A stretch of 64,000 nt of DNA from an uncultured Pseudomonadales bacterium (lineage in GTDB: Bacteria; Patescibacteriota; Microgenomatia; UBA1400; PJMF01): contig CAZCXA010000002.1 of assembly GCA_964502565.1 (NCBI GenBank), positions 648-64,647 on the forward strand, read 5' to 3'. Positions 29,566 to 39,979 of this stretch are shown one piece after another; position 1 is the first letter of the stretch; each line of letters starts with the position of its first letter. Made by a program: the position numbers and the translations under genes. The notes under the pieces are model-generated. The model searched no databases and was not told the origin of the DNA. It saw only the letters and a program-made list of their open reading frames with translations.

Positions 29566-30060
29566 TCAAGGCTGTAATAACAACAACTCGTCCCCAATTT
29601 TTATTTGATGCTGATCTACAAATCCAGCGTTAACCTCTAGTACCAGATCAACCACCTGGCCTGGTTGATAGATCTGCAGTTCTTTTGAGTCGTCCTGAGG
29701 CTTGGTAGTATTTAGTTCAAAACCAACCACCTTTTCATCAGCAATCCAGATAATATCTAACTCAAACTGCATATCTAACATCCAAAACTTATGAATATCT
29801 GGATGTTTAAAGACAAACAACATGCCATCGCTACCGATTTTATCACGCTCGCTCAATCCCTTCACAATGCTTGCGGAGGTATTTACTACCTCAACTTGAA
29901 AAACTGTCCCGCCCAGTTCTAAAAAAGTTAATGAGTGATCAGGCAAGGCTGACAGTTGAGAAACAATACTGTCTGGCTCTGATTTTGGTAAATTAACAAC
30001 CCAAAACACTCCAGCTCCTAAAACAACAATGCTTAAAACGGTCAAGATAGTTTTTAACAT
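29566..30060 (-). CDS. DUF192-family protein (COG1430) with an N-terminal TM/signal
   Basis: Core GMLFVFKHPDIHKFWMLDMQFELDIIWIADEKVVG matches the DUF192 pattern. Confidence 0.55.
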   Translation of the reverse strand: MLKTILTVLSIVVLGAGVFWVVNLPKSEPDSIVSQLSALPDHSLTFLELGGTVFQVEVVNTSASIVKGLSERDKIGSDGMLFVFKHPDIHKFWMLDMQFELDIIWIADEKVVGFELNTTKPQDDSKELQIYQPGQVVDLVLEVNAGFVDQHQIKIGDELLLLQP

Positions 30061-30090
30061 GAAAATTTTAAGCCACAGTGCTTAAATAAA

Positions 30091-30639
30091 TTATCTTAAA
30101 AAAAATAAATTTAAAAATAAAAAATAACAGATGCTAAAGATTAATACTAGGTTAATCTTCTCTTCTTGTAACTCAGTTTTTACCTGTCCCCAAAATCGCT
30201 GATTAAAATGCCGGGGGTTGCCTCGCAACTGCCACATCTCGTGTAACAAGCCAAACAATAAACCCATAATCAAGCCGATACCAAGCCAACTGCCTGTTGA
30301 GGTAACAACAAAAAATGCTAAAGGCAACAGGGTTATTAAAAATAATGTCGAGCGAGTAGCGAGAAAGGTGGGGTTGCTCGACTGGGAGGTTAAGGGTTCT
30401 TGACTACTCTCTAGTTCCAGCTCATCGGTCTCGTTGTAAAACCGGTTTAAAAAAAGCTCATCAGCGACCAGTAAACCGATTCCTAACAAGCCTCCAAGAA
30501 TAAAAAATAAATATTGAGTCCAGGGTTTAATGAAAAAAAATAAGGGCAAGAGGTAAACCGCAAAAAGAGCTAGCTTCAGCTTAAGATGTTGAAGAATTGT
30601 CGGAAAAATTTCTGGATATTGAGATTTGAGGTTAGACAT
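30091..30639 (-). CDS. Hypothetical integral membrane protein
   Basis: About 5 TM helices. No motif recognised. Confidence 0.35.
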   Translation of the reverse strand: MSNLKSQYPEIFPTILQHLKLKLALFAVYLLPLFFFIKPWTQYLFFILGGLLGIGLLVADELFLNRFYNETDELELESSQEPLTSQSSNPTFLATRSTLFLITLLPLAFFVVTSTGSWLGIGLIMGLLFGLLHEMWQLRGNPRHFNQRFWGQVKTELQEEKINLVLIFSICYFLFLNLFFLR

Positions 30640-30645
30640 TTGAGT

Positions 30646-32094
30646 TTATTCGATTTTTTTCAAACCTAACACTTTCAACACAGCCTGGTCAACCTTTTGG
30701 GCAAAGACCTCATCCTGCTCATATAACTTTGCTAGTTGAAGCTTAACTTCCTTGAGTTGCTCATACTCTACGCCTTCACCGTAAACCAAGACATGATTAC
30801 CAGCCATAAGGGCCAAATATGAAACTCGAGATAAATCATCTAACTCTTTCGAGGTTTCAAGAAAATTTTCTGAAACAACCGCTGATTGAGTGCTTTCCAA
30901 GATAGCCTCGTCGTCGGCTCGTTCTTCTGCATAAAAATTCTGTAAAGCACCCATCTCTAAAGCGTCAGAAAAAATAACAGTAGTAATGTTTTTCTTAGCT
31001 ATTTCATCTATACAATCCTGACTTAATGAACATGGCAGACCGTTAAAACGATCAACCACTTGCGCATGAGAGGTCATCAACCCGATCGTGGGATAGTGTG
31101 AAAGTAAGTTGTTAAAAATCTCTAACTCTTGATTATTAAGTGTAATTTCATCAGGAAGTTTGTGCAGATCACGAGTTGATGAACCCAAACCAGGATAATG
31201 TTTGATCACCGACATAATATTTCTCGAGCCAAAAATCTCAATATAATTACGAGAGGCAGAGATAAGGTTGCGCTCATCTGCGCAAGAACGGTTGCTTAAA
31301 ACCGAGCTGTTCAGGTCCACCACTGGCGCAAAAACAATATTGATACCCAACTCTAGGAGTTCGTGTGCTGACTCTAATAATTTTTCCTGACGCGACATTT
31401 GAGTTTCCTGACATAGTTGTCTCCAGGGTGGCAAAACAGTAAAACCATCTCCGGAGAACCGTTGAACAGAACCGCCTTCGTGATCAATAGCCAGCAAGGG
31501 TTGAATCGGGCGGTCGATGAACAACTGCTTAATCTCCTTGATTTCTTGAACCGCCAGATCCCAACTGATTTTTGAACCAAAAAAAGTAATTATTCCAGGT
31601 TGAAAATCTTGAAGTTGTAAGAATGGATTAAGATGGGCTGAAGCAGATGGGGTTGAATCTGGAGATGGGGTTAAGTTTGGTGATGAGAGTGAGTCTGGTG
31701 CTGAGGTGGAGTCGGACAAGGTGGGGTCAGACAAAGTGGAATCTTGGACCAAGCCACTCACTACTTCTGGTGTCGCTTGGGTTGCTTGGGTTGTTTGGGT
31801 TGTTTGGGTTGTTTGGATCACTGGGGTTGTTTGGGTTGTTTGGGCAGAATACTCCACAAGTGAGCCAACCTTGTGAGGAAAACTCATTATTTGAGCAATC
31901 TTTTGTTCTGCCGAAAGTTGGTTTAGGGTCCTTTTCCGAGGATCTATCAGGCTTTCTAAATCAAGCGAAGAATTATCTCCGTGTTGGGTTTCAGTTTCCT
32001 GAGTGTGATAAAAAGGTGTAGCAATATAGTTATACCCTAGTAAACCTGCAATAATGGTTAAAGCAATAATAAAAACAAGTGTGGGTTTAGGCAT
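30646..32094 (-). CDS. nagZ: Membrane-anchored glycoside hydrolase family 3 beta-N-acetylhexosaminidase (NagZ-like) with a TTQ-repeat linker
   Basis: N-terminal TM. GH3 motifs LAIDHEGGSVQRF and VIKHYPGLG. Tandem 9-bp repeats (gggttgttt) at 31776-31845 encode TTQ repeats. Confidence 0.7.
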   Translation of the reverse strand: MPKPTLVFIIALTIIAGLLGYNYIATPFYHTQETETQHGDNSSLDLESLIDPRKRTLNQLSAEQKIAQIMSFPHKVGSLVEYSAQTTQTTPVIQTTQTTQTTQATQATPEVVSGLVQDSTLSDPTLSDSTSAPDSLSSPNLTPSPDSTPSASAHLNPFLQLQDFQPGIITFFGSKISWDLAVQEIKEIKQLFIDRPIQPLLAIDHEGGSVQRFSGDGFTVLPPWRQLCQETQMSRQEKLLESAHELLELGINIVFAPVVDLNSSVLSNRSCADERNLISASRNYIEIFGSRNIMSVIKHYPGLGSSTRDLHKLPDEITLNNQELEIFNNLLSHYPTIGLMTSHAQVVDRFNGLPCSLSQDCIDEIAKKNITTVIFSDALEMGALQNFYAEERADDEAILESTQSAVVSENFLETSKELDDLSRVSYLALMAGNHVLVYGEGVEYEQLKEVKLQLAKLYEQDEVFAQKVDQAVLKVLGLKKIE

Positions 32095-32291
32095 AGAATA
32101 AAGTGAGGTGTAAAAGATTTAAGTAAGGCTTAAAAGATTAAAGGTGCATACTTCTTGATAAAATTGCCTAATAACTTTGCAAAAGTTTTACTTAATTCTA
32201 ACAGGTAACAAATTATTGCTGTTAAGTATAAAAAATGATAATTTTAATCCATCCAAAAATAATTATTAACCCTCGCAAGACTTGGATTTAA

Positions 32292-32600
32292 TTATATCTT
32301 TTGAGTTTTGTTTAACTTTTTAATTTGTTGTATTTTCCACATAAAAAGCGCTCCCTTATTTTTTGCCTGAGCATCAGACACAAATGATAAAGCCCTCTCC
32401 AACAACTCACGCTTTTCCTCCTTTGCCATTTTTATATAAAGGCTCTTATGTTCCAAGTCGTCTAGCTCTTGCGCCAAGCGATAGCCAAAATCTTGAAACT
32501 CACGGGTGATGTATTTCTGATCTTCTTTAGGCTCATATTGAACAAACAAGGACTGAGCGCTTTGAAAACCTTTTTTCGTTTTTTTCTTTTTACAAGGCAT
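32292..32600 (-). CDS. Hypothetical small basic protein
   Basis: 102-aa ORF, K/E-rich. Confidence 0.3.
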   Translation of the reverse strand: MPCKKKKTKKGFQSAQSLFVQYEPKEDQKYITREFQDFGYRLAQELDDLEHKSLYIKMAKEEKRELLERALSFVSDAQAKNKGALFMWKIQQIKKLNKTQKI

Positions 32601-32643
32601 ATAGTTTTAAATCTTCTCAACAAATAGTTTTAAGGTCTTGAGG

Positions 32644-32690
32644 CTTTACTACTCTTTACTACTCTTTTTACTACTCTTTTTTTTCTCTAA
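32644..32690. repeat. Intergenic tandem repeat (ctttactact)n
   Basis: ctttactactctttactactctttttactactctt read directly. Confidence 0.7.
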
Positions 32691-33894
32691 CCAACATACT
32701 CATCAATACCCCCAAGGCCCCCAAACCAAACAAGCCTGTCCAGTTTAATCGCAGTACTAAAAAAAAGATCAAGGATAATGTCCAAAAAACAATCGCGGCC
32801 AAAGATCGATTCACCTGTTGGTACACAAAATACGAAAAGTCCTGGCTCCCTCTGCCTCGACTAAAGATAATCTTTTCATGCACCAACCAGTAAAAATTGC
32901 CGAGCATACGATTACTCGAGTCAACAATCACGATATCCCAAGGACTGCCCACCAACATCCTCAACATGGTCATGGTGGATAGTATGCCTCCAGAAATAAT
33001 AAAAGGGAGTTTAATCTTTTTCTTTTTATCAAGCACATGACCAGTAAAAAGACTGATCAGCATTGCAAAAAAGAGAGAGATGGTATAAATATAGCCCACC
33101 TTAACGATGTCGGTCATGATTAAAAATACAAAAAGTGGCCACAATATAATGCTGATGTCATAAAAATAGTGACCCATCTGTGATAATGCAAGTCGAAAAA
33201 AAGGTTTTTCGCGCATCCAACCAAGATATTCTTTTAAGTTAACCTCATCTTTTTCATCTACCAATTCCAGTTGGATTATGCCACCAACGGCCACCAAAAC
33301 TAGCAAAATACTGGCATAAAACAAGTAGTTAAATCCAAAATAATTAACGATCATCGCGCCAACAAAGGGAGATAGCATGGTGACAAAGTTGCTTAAAAAT
33401 TTAAAACCAGCTAAACTTTTTCCCATCTCTTTTTCTAAAGAGAGGCGACATACTAGGGTGTTGTGAGACTGCCAGTAAAAGCCCATCTCAATGCCTGCCA
33501 AGATCGCTGAGGGCACAATAAGCCATGGTGTTTTTTGCACATAGGTTAAACACAACAACCACAAGGCTTTGAATAAATTGCCGATGAGCATTGATCGACC
33601 ATGACCAATTTTTAAAGTCACCGAGGCCTGAAAAAAATTCACGATCCCGCTCACCAGTCTTTGAGTTAGGTAATAAAAACTGATCATGATCATGCCCTTT
33701 TGAATATCGCTAAAGCCGGTTTCGAGGATGGGTAAAGATTGACCCACTTGATATAAAAAAACTGGTTTATAAAAATTACTCAAACTCTCGGCGGTGTTAC
33801 GAAAAAATAAACCAAAGGCTAGCCAACGCCTGTTGCGACGGCGACGGGTTACGTTAAATTTAAGACGGTGGTAAAGGTTGATAAAAATAGACAT
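32671..33894 (-). CDS. MFS-like transporter (about 12 TM)
   Basis: Arg-rich N-terminus, then 12 predicted TM helices in a 6+6 arrangement. Confidence 0.45.
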   Translation of the reverse strand: MSIFINLYHRLKFNVTRRRRNRRWLAFGLFFRNTAESLSNFYKPVFLYQVGQSLPILETGFSDIQKGMIMISFYYLTQRLVSGIVNFFQASVTLKIGHGRSMLIGNLFKALWLLCLTYVQKTPWLIVPSAILAGIEMGFYWQSHNTLVCRLSLEKEMGKSLAGFKFLSNFVTMLSPFVGAMIVNYFGFNYLFYASILLVLVAVGGIIQLELVDEKDEVNLKEYLGWMREKPFFRLALSQMGHYFYDISIILWPLFVFLIMTDIVKVGYIYTISLFFAMLISLFTGHVLDKKKKIKLPFIISGGILSTMTMLRMLVGSPWDIVIVDSSNRMLGNFYWLVHEKIIFSRGRGSQDFSYFVYQQVNRSLAAIVFWTLSLIFFLVLRLNWTGLFGLGALGVLMSMLVREKKE

Positions 33895-33981
33895 ATAAAT
33901 TCCAGATTAAAAAATAAAAAATATGCGCTGAGTGGTCAATACTATTAAAAAAACTCGCCACTCAATCAAGGCGATCATCTT

Positions 33982-34554
33982 TCAATCTTTAATTTCTGTT
34001 GTGATCTTCTCAAATACTTCTTTTATAGCGCTGAGTTGAGTCTTGGTTAACTTTTGCAAAACATATTTTTCAGAGGGCAAAACTCTTGATCCGTCTCTAT
34101 CATCAACACCAATCCTAACATGCCAAAAACCTTGAGTTCCCAAAACTTGATAAATCGACAACAAACCATTGTGTTGTTTGGGACCAACACCTTGCTGAAT
34201 TTTGTATTGACCAACCTCTAAATCCAGATCATCGTGGACTATAAAAAGATTGTTAAATAATTCTGACTGCTGAGTTGCCTGGGTAAAGTTGTCGCAAAAG
34301 TACATCAAGGTTTTTTTCACTGCTTCACCTGATAAGTTCATAAATGTTTGAGGTTTAACCAGTAAGAGGTTTGTCATCACAGACACTTTTGCTTGAATTT
34401 TTTTATTCAAAGAAAAGGCTGGTAAAGACAACCGAGTTTGTAGATAATCCAAAAACATAAACCCAGCGTTGTGGCGAGTTTGCTGATATTCTTTACCTGG
34501 ATTACCCAAGCCGATAATTATCTTTTTCATAAACAATATGAAAAAACCAATCAA
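33982..34554 (-). CDS. pth: Peptidyl-tRNA hydrolase
   Basis: IIIGLGNPGKEYQQTRHNAGFMFLDYL matches the Pth N-terminal signature. Confidence 0.85.
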   Translation of the reverse strand: MIGFFILFMKKIIIGLGNPGKEYQQTRHNAGFMFLDYLQTRLSLPAFSLNKKIQAKVSVMTNLLLVKPQTFMNLSGEAVKKTLMYFCDNFTQATQQSELFNNLFIVHDDLDLEVGQYKIQQGVGPKQHNGLLSIYQVLGTQGFWHVRIGVDDRDGSRVLPSEKYVLQKLTKTQLSAIKEVFEKITTEIKD

Positions 34555-35511
34555 GTAAGCGAAAATAGATATTTTTATTCTATCAACTCTTGGAATGTTT
34601 GCGAGCCTCTATTTTTATCTGTTATACTGCAAAATATGAACCTCATACCGTGTCAAAGTTATGCCAACCACAAGCCCATCTTCTCGATTGTTATCCCCAC
34701 CCTTAATGAGGAAAAGTATCTTCCACAACTTCTTGGTTGTTTAAAAGCTCAAACCTTTTCAGATTTTGAGATTATTCATGTTGACGCTCAATCTCAGGAT
34801 AAAACCAGAGAAATCGCAAAAGATTATTCAAAACATCTCAGCCTTAAAACATACATCTCCAAAAAAAAGAATGTCAGTTTTCAACGTAATTTAGGCGCAA
34901 AACAAGCAAAAGCTGACTGGATTATTTTTATGGATGCTGACAATATCTTGCCTAATGATTTTTTACTAGAACTTAAACATCAAGTTGAGAAAAATCCTAA
35001 AATGGATGGTTTTACTTGTTGGCTTGATGTGAGTAGCTACCCCACTCGGCATAAACCAACCGCCCAAATAATAAACTTTGGTTTAAGCACTTTAAACAAC
35101 ACTGCTTTGGGCGCCTTAATCGGCGCTAAGAAAGTCATCTTTCAGACTGTGTCTTTTAATGAAAAGATTAAGTACATTGAAGATGGTGAGTTTGTTAAAG
35201 ATTTAGAGGAGGCCGGATTTGTTTTTAAATGCCTGAGAGAGCCCAGATATACTTACAACATGAGACGCTTAGAAAAAGAAGGCACTCTTAAGATATCAAG
35301 AACTTTTTTAGAAAGTCGTCTCTATTTGCTAATAAAAGGTGATATGGAGAACTTTAACAAATATCCCATGTTAGGAGGAGATTTTTACGAAAAACATCAA
35401 CCAAATAAGTTTGCTCATTTTATTAAAAAAGCTGACTTTTTTCTCAAGCAAGCTCCAGCTAGACAGTTAAAAAAAGCAAAAAAAATATGGTCGTTGATTG
35501 ATGAAGATTAA
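34471..35511 (+). CDS. Family 2 glycosyltransferase (likely true start ATG 34636)
   Basis: FSIVIPTLNEEKYLPQLLGCLKAQTFSDFEIIHVDAQSQDKT and a DAD motif (FMDADN). The track ORF overlaps pth, so the later start is more plausible. Confidence 0.75.
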   Translation: MASLLIFFTWITQADNYLFHKQYEKTNQVSENRYFYSINSWNVCEPLFLSVILQNMNLIPCQSYANHKPIFSIVIPTLNEEKYLPQLLGCLKAQTFSDFEIIHVDAQSQDKTREIAKDYSKHLSLKTYISKKKNVSFQRNLGAKQAKADWIIFMDADNILPNDFLLELKHQVEKNPKMDGFTCWLDVSSYPTRHKPTAQIINFGLSTLNNTALGALIGAKKVIFQTVSFNEKIKYIEDGEFVKDLEEAGFVFKCLREPRYTYNMRRLEKEGTLKISRTFLESRLYLLIKGDMENFNKYPMLGGDFYEKHQPNKFAHFIKKADFFLKQAPARQLKKAKKIWSLIDED

Positions 35512-35513
35512 GT

Positions 35514-37304
35514 CTACTTTGCCTCTGCAATCCCTGCCAACTCATCCAACCCGGTTGCCTGTTCCCAATCTTTGTCTTGTCTAAACTTCACCAATCTAGG
35601 AAAACGCAAGGCTTTACCTGCTGTATGTAAGGGAGAAGCTGTTAGCTCGTCAGCCGCAATCTCTACCACGATTGCTGGAGCCACCCAGACATCAGGTTTT
35701 AACTCCTTAGGAACGTCATACTGCTGAGGCATGACCTTCGCAAAGTTATCGTCCGCCAGCTGTTTAATATGTTTAAACTCCTTGTCGGTTAAGCCGGTGC
35801 CGATTTTAGCAATAGTTTTAACCTTTTTCTCTTTGTTTAACACACCGACCAAAAATGCTCCAATACCAAACTGGGTTCTTTTACCCTTGCCTCGGTAATA
35901 CCCCATGACCACACAGTCTAGAGTGTCGTTAAGTTTACCCCGTGTGCCCTCTGCTTCTTTGATCTTTACCCAGCGCCAACCTTTGCGACCAGAGCGGTAA
36001 ACCGAGTCAACCTTTTTTATTAATGCCCCTTCTAAACCTAGTTGTAACTGACGAGCGTGATAACTCTGCACCTCTGCTGGATCAGTGGTAATCTTAAACT
36101 CGGTTAACTCGATCACATCATTGGACCGCACGGTCTGAGCTAGTACTTGCTTGCGCTTGGCTAACTTTTCATTAATCAAGGATTTGCCGTCTAAAAACAA
36201 GATGTCAAACACAAAAAACTTGATCGGTACTTTTTTAGATTGTCTACTAATGCCATATTTTCGTTTACGAGTAATGGTTTCTTGAAAAGGTAGTAACTCT
36301 TTAGTTTTTGGATCATAAGCAATCGCTTCAGCATCTAAAATGCAGTTGTTTGCTTTAATTTGCAACAAAGATTTCTCAAGCTCAGGAAACATATGGGTGA
36401 CATTGTCTAGGTTGCGCGTAAAAACTTGATAAGAATTTTTTTGATTATTTTTATCAACATGAATTTGCGTACGCAAGCCATCATACTTAGGCTCCATCAT
36501 CACTCTGCCCATCTTCTCAATAATTTCCTGAGCAGTGTTAAGTCGCTGACACAATGCAGGTAAAACCGGAATACCTAGTTGCACCTGGTAGTTGTTAAAA
36601 AACTGTTGCACCTCTTGATCGGTTTGAGTTTGCAGATAACCCTGAGCCAACTGGCCAATATCAGCTTTTTTTTGATAAGTAGCCTCAATCTTTTTACTGT
36701 CAGTCTTACTGTTCAAACGCGCCCAAGAGAGAGCATCAATCATGGTCATGGTAGAAAACCCAAGTCGCAACTTGCCAATAATAATTCGTGTCACAAACTT
36801 GATTGAGGTTAGATCAAGTTTTTGTAACAGCTGTTGCGTTTGAACAATCTTTCTCTCTTGAGAGCCCTCACCTTCCTCTTGAGCGATCCTTGATAATGCC
36901 TGATGCACCTCCAGGATAGTTAGTTGTTCTGGGTTTAAGTTTAAATCCTTTACCAGTTCCTCAATCACTAAACCCAAATCACCCAGTTCCTTGTTCTTTT
37001 GCTGAATTTTTTTTAGGTAGAGGCTGTCGTCTGATTCATTAAATAATCCTGGTGAAGACAAAGGCTCATCTTGATTTAAACAGTTTAACAGTTTGGCTAA
37101 GGCTCGCATGGTGAGTTTCTCACTCATACCAAACTCTAACGATTGGTAGCTTGGAACCAAACCACCCAACATTAAGTAGCACGCCTGAGGAGTTTCTTCT
37201 GTTTCAAGTTTTTTAAACAACTCAGCTAAAAGTGATGTCATCTCGAGTCGTGAGTTGAGTTGTTCTAGTTGATCTAAATAATGAGCAAAACTGGAAAATT
37301 GCAT
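35514..37304 (-). CDS. ATP-dependent DNA ligase
   Basis: Adenylation motif MMEPKYDGLRTQIHV (KxDG), then OB-fold-like motifs ...GLEGALIKK..., ...WVKIK.... Confidence 0.85.
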   Translation of the reverse strand: MQFSSFAHYLDQLEQLNSRLEMTSLLAELFKKLETEETPQACYLMLGGLVPSYQSLEFGMSEKLTMRALAKLLNCLNQDEPLSSPGLFNESDDSLYLKKIQQKNKELGDLGLVIEELVKDLNLNPEQLTILEVHQALSRIAQEEGEGSQERKIVQTQQLLQKLDLTSIKFVTRIIIGKLRLGFSTMTMIDALSWARLNSKTDSKKIEATYQKKADIGQLAQGYLQTQTDQEVQQFFNNYQVQLGIPVLPALCQRLNTAQEIIEKMGRVMMEPKYDGLRTQIHVDKNNQKNSYQVFTRNLDNVTHMFPELEKSLLQIKANNCILDAEAIAYDPKTKELLPFQETITRKRKYGISRQSKKVPIKFFVFDILFLDGKSLINEKLAKRKQVLAQTVRSNDVIELTEFKITTDPAEVQSYHARQLQLGLEGALIKKVDSVYRSGRKGWRWVKIKEAEGTRGKLNDTLDCVVMGYYRGKGKRTQFGIGAFLVGVLNKEKKVKTIAKIGTGLTDKEFKHIKQLADDNFAKVMPQQYDVPKELKPDVWVAPAIVVEIAADELTASPLHTAGKALRFPRLVKFRQDKDWEQATGLDELAGIAEAK

Positions 37305-37409
37305 GATTAATTAAAAAGTTAAAATATAAAAAACCAGATCTCAAAAGTCCGCATTAACAGGGAAAACCAGGTAAGCTTTACATTATTATTTTGTTTTGAC
37401 TTTTGATCT

Positions 37410-38510
37410 TTATCTGTCCATTAAACTGTATGTCACTCCCTTGGTCACACCATGCTTCTTGATCACTCCTTTTTCAATCAAGTCTTTCAGATCTCGAAGA
37501 ATTGTATCAACCGAGACATTGGGTAGCAAATCTTGAGCATCAATCGAGCTAATCTCTCCCTGCTCTTGCAACAACTCTAAAATTACAATCTGTCTTTCTG
37601 ATAAAGCCACCTGACGTCCCAACTCCTTTTTCATCTTTAAATCCTTAGAAAGCTTTAGCACTTTTTCTTTAACCTTATCAACCTCGATTGCCAGTCCATA
37701 ACAAAAATATTCCAGCCAATAAGTCATATCTGATTTTTCAGTTTGCTGAACTGACTGCAGGGCGCTGTAATAACTCTCAACATCTTCGTCAAAATACTCC
37801 TCAATTGAAAAAAACCGTTTAAAATCATAGCCTGACGCATAAAGTACGAGCGTAGTCATGGCGCGAGCAGTGCGACCGTTGCCTTCAATAAAAGGATGAA
37901 CATAAACAAGCTGATAATGTGTAATGGCAGCGCGAAAAATCGGGTGAATCTTTTTTGAATCAGAATGATTTAACCATTTAAAAAAATCCTCGATTAAATA
38001 TGGAACCTCCACTGATACAGGCGGTCTAAACACTATTTTGTTTGCGCTTTCTCCCGCGCCCTTCACTATCACTTGTTTGCGCCGATAGCGACCAATCTGA
38101 TCCTCCATTAGTAAATTATTCATGGTAAGTCCATGAAGATGACTTAGTGTTTTTTCAGAGAATAAATCTTTAGAGAGTTGAGGGTCTTGCGCATCAATCC
38201 AGTTAATGACATTGCGGTAGTTAAGAACTTCTTGCACATCGCGTTCGCGAGCAATAATGCCAGCTTTTTTAGCCACTTCCTCAGGATCATCAACCAACTC
38301 TAATCGAGTCACTCTTTGAGCTTGATCTTGAGTTAAATCATTACCCTCAATCTTTGTCCCAAAGTGAATGGTGCGCGCCATTGCATCTTTTTTAAACTTT
38401 GCCTCCCAGGCAGGAACTAGCGGAGAGTGGTCGATTAAAGCTCGAGCTGACTCAACCGCGCTCACATAAGTTAAAAGGTTGCTGGTTATCTCAAAATTAG
38501 GTTTAAACAT
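37410..38510 (-). CDS. Fic-family protein (AMPylator-type) with a C-terminal winged-helix
   Basis: Fic motif HPFIEGNGRTAR. The C-terminus (LSERQIVILELLQEQGEISSIDAQDLL...) is wHTH-like. Confidence 0.8.
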   Translation of the reverse strand: MFKPNFEITSNLLTYVSAVESARALIDHSPLVPAWEAKFKKDAMARTIHFGTKIEGNDLTQDQAQRVTRLELVDDPEEVAKKAGIIARERDVQEVLNYRNVINWIDAQDPQLSKDLFSEKTLSHLHGLTMNNLLMEDQIGRYRRKQVIVKGAGESANKIVFRPPVSVEVPYLIEDFFKWLNHSDSKKIHPIFRAAITHYQLVYVHPFIEGNGRTARAMTTLVLYASGYDFKRFFSIEEYFDEDVESYYSALQSVQQTEKSDMTYWLEYFCYGLAIEVDKVKEKVLKLSKDLKMKKELGRQVALSERQIVILELLQEQGEISSIDAQDLLPNVSVDTILRDLKDLIEKGVIKKHGVTKGVTYSLMDR

Positions 38511-38680
38511 CTTGCTTCAAGATGAAATTTTTAATTAATTACTTAATTTAATTAACTACCGTATTGTATATTATTTTTGCAAAATTTGCAGGATTAAATT
38601 TTATTAAAAATCTTGAGAGCTGAGAAAAGAACACTGACAAAGTATTGTATAATAGCTACAGTTAAAAATTAGAGAGAAAA

Positions 38681-38980
38681 ATGTCAAAAATTAAAACTCC
38701 TGATAAAATCGAGCAACTACCTTTAGCAATCATTCAAAACATGGTTGTCTTGGCAACCAGTGGCTTTAGTTTGGTGGTTGCCCTTGCCTGGAATGAGCTG
38801 ATTAAGTCCGCGATCGCACACTACCTCACTCCCATTTTAGGCGAAGGTGGAGGTATTATTTCTTTGCTGGTTTACGCAGTAGTGGTAACTGTTCTGGCTG
38901 TCCTAGTGACAATGCAGTTATCAAAAATCGAGAAAAGACTTGAGAAAACCTATGAAGAGGAAAGTAAAACTAAAAAATAG
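38681..38980 (+). CDS. Hypothetical small membrane protein (2 TM)
   Basis: 99-aa ORF. No motif recognised. Confidence 0.3.
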   Translation: MSKIKTPDKIEQLPLAIIQNMVVLATSGFSLVVALAWNELIKSAIAHYLTPILGEGGGIISLLVYAVVVTVLAVLVTMQLSKIEKRLEKTYEEESKTKK

Positions 38981-38995
38981 TTCTGGCTTAAATTT

Positions 38996-39955
38996 ATGTT
39001 GACTCCGCTGTCGCAAGCTCAAATAAATAAGTCTCTCCAAAAATTAAGATTGCCTTTATCAAGCTCGCATAAAGGGCAAAATGGCAAGTTGCTGATTATT
39101 GGAGGCTCACAGCTGTTTCACTCAGCCAGTCGCTGGAGCCTTGATATTGCTTCTAAACTTGTTGATATGGTTTTTTACTGTTCTGTGCCGGGTAATAATC
39201 AGTTAATTCAACAGGCGAAACAGTATTTTTGGAACGGTATTGTGGTAGCGCGACAAGAAGTGGAAAGTTATGCGCTGGAGGCAGACTGTATTCTGATTGG
39301 TCCTGGCATGGAGAGGCAAAAAATTAATCCTGATTTTGATAATAAGTCCGCGCAGTTTTATCTCAACAATCCTCCCAACGATCAAACCTGGCAAAGCGAT
39401 ACTCAGAAGATCGTTAATTACTTGCTAGCCAAGTTTCCTGATAAAAAATGGGTAGTTGATGCAGGTGCTTTGCAAATGGTGGATATAAAATTACTAAATG
39501 AAAACTGTATTATTACGCCTCATTATCAAGAGTTAATGATTGTGGCAGAAAAAGCTGGGGTTGTTGTTGAGACCGAGATTGAGACTAAGGCCGAGACTGA
39601 GACCGAGAAAACAATGTTAAAAAAGACAAACTCTTTGCAAAAACTAAGCCAAGAACTGAATAATGCCTCAATTTTATTAAAAGGCCAGGTTGACATTATC
39701 GTCCATCAAGAAAAAGTTTTTTTAATTAGGGGAGGAAATGCAGGTATGACTAAAGGTGGAACTGGTGATGTTTTGGCTGGATTATTGGCCGGGTTATATG
39801 CCAACAACGAGGTTTTGCCTAGTATGATTACCGCCAGTCATATTAACAAGTTGGCAGGAGATTGTTTGTTTAAAAAAACAGGACCGTTTTTTAATGCTTC
39901 AAGCTTGGTTGAGGCGATACCAGAAGTTTTGTGGACTCAAATAAAAAAACAATAA
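38996..39955 (+). CDS. nnrD: ADP-dependent NAD(P)H-hydrate dehydratase (YjeF C-terminal / Nnr2-type)
   Basis: HKGQNGKLLIIGGS... and GGTGDVLAGLLAGL motifs. Contains an ETE-repeat insertion. Confidence 0.75.
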   Translation: MLTPLSQAQINKSLQKLRLPLSSSHKGQNGKLLIIGGSQLFHSASRWSLDIASKLVDMVFYCSVPGNNQLIQQAKQYFWNGIVVARQEVESYALEADCILIGPGMERQKINPDFDNKSAQFYLNNPPNDQTWQSDTQKIVNYLLAKFPDKKWVVDAGALQMVDIKLLNENCIITPHYQELMIVAEKAGVVVETEIETKAETETEKTMLKKTNSLQKLSQELNNASILLKGQVDIIVHQEKVFLIRGGNAGMTKGGTGDVLAGLLAGLYANNEVLPSMITASHINKLAGDCLFKKTGPFFNASSLVEAIPEVLWTQIKKQ

Positions 39956-39979
39956 TTTCTACCCCTTAATAGACGATTT

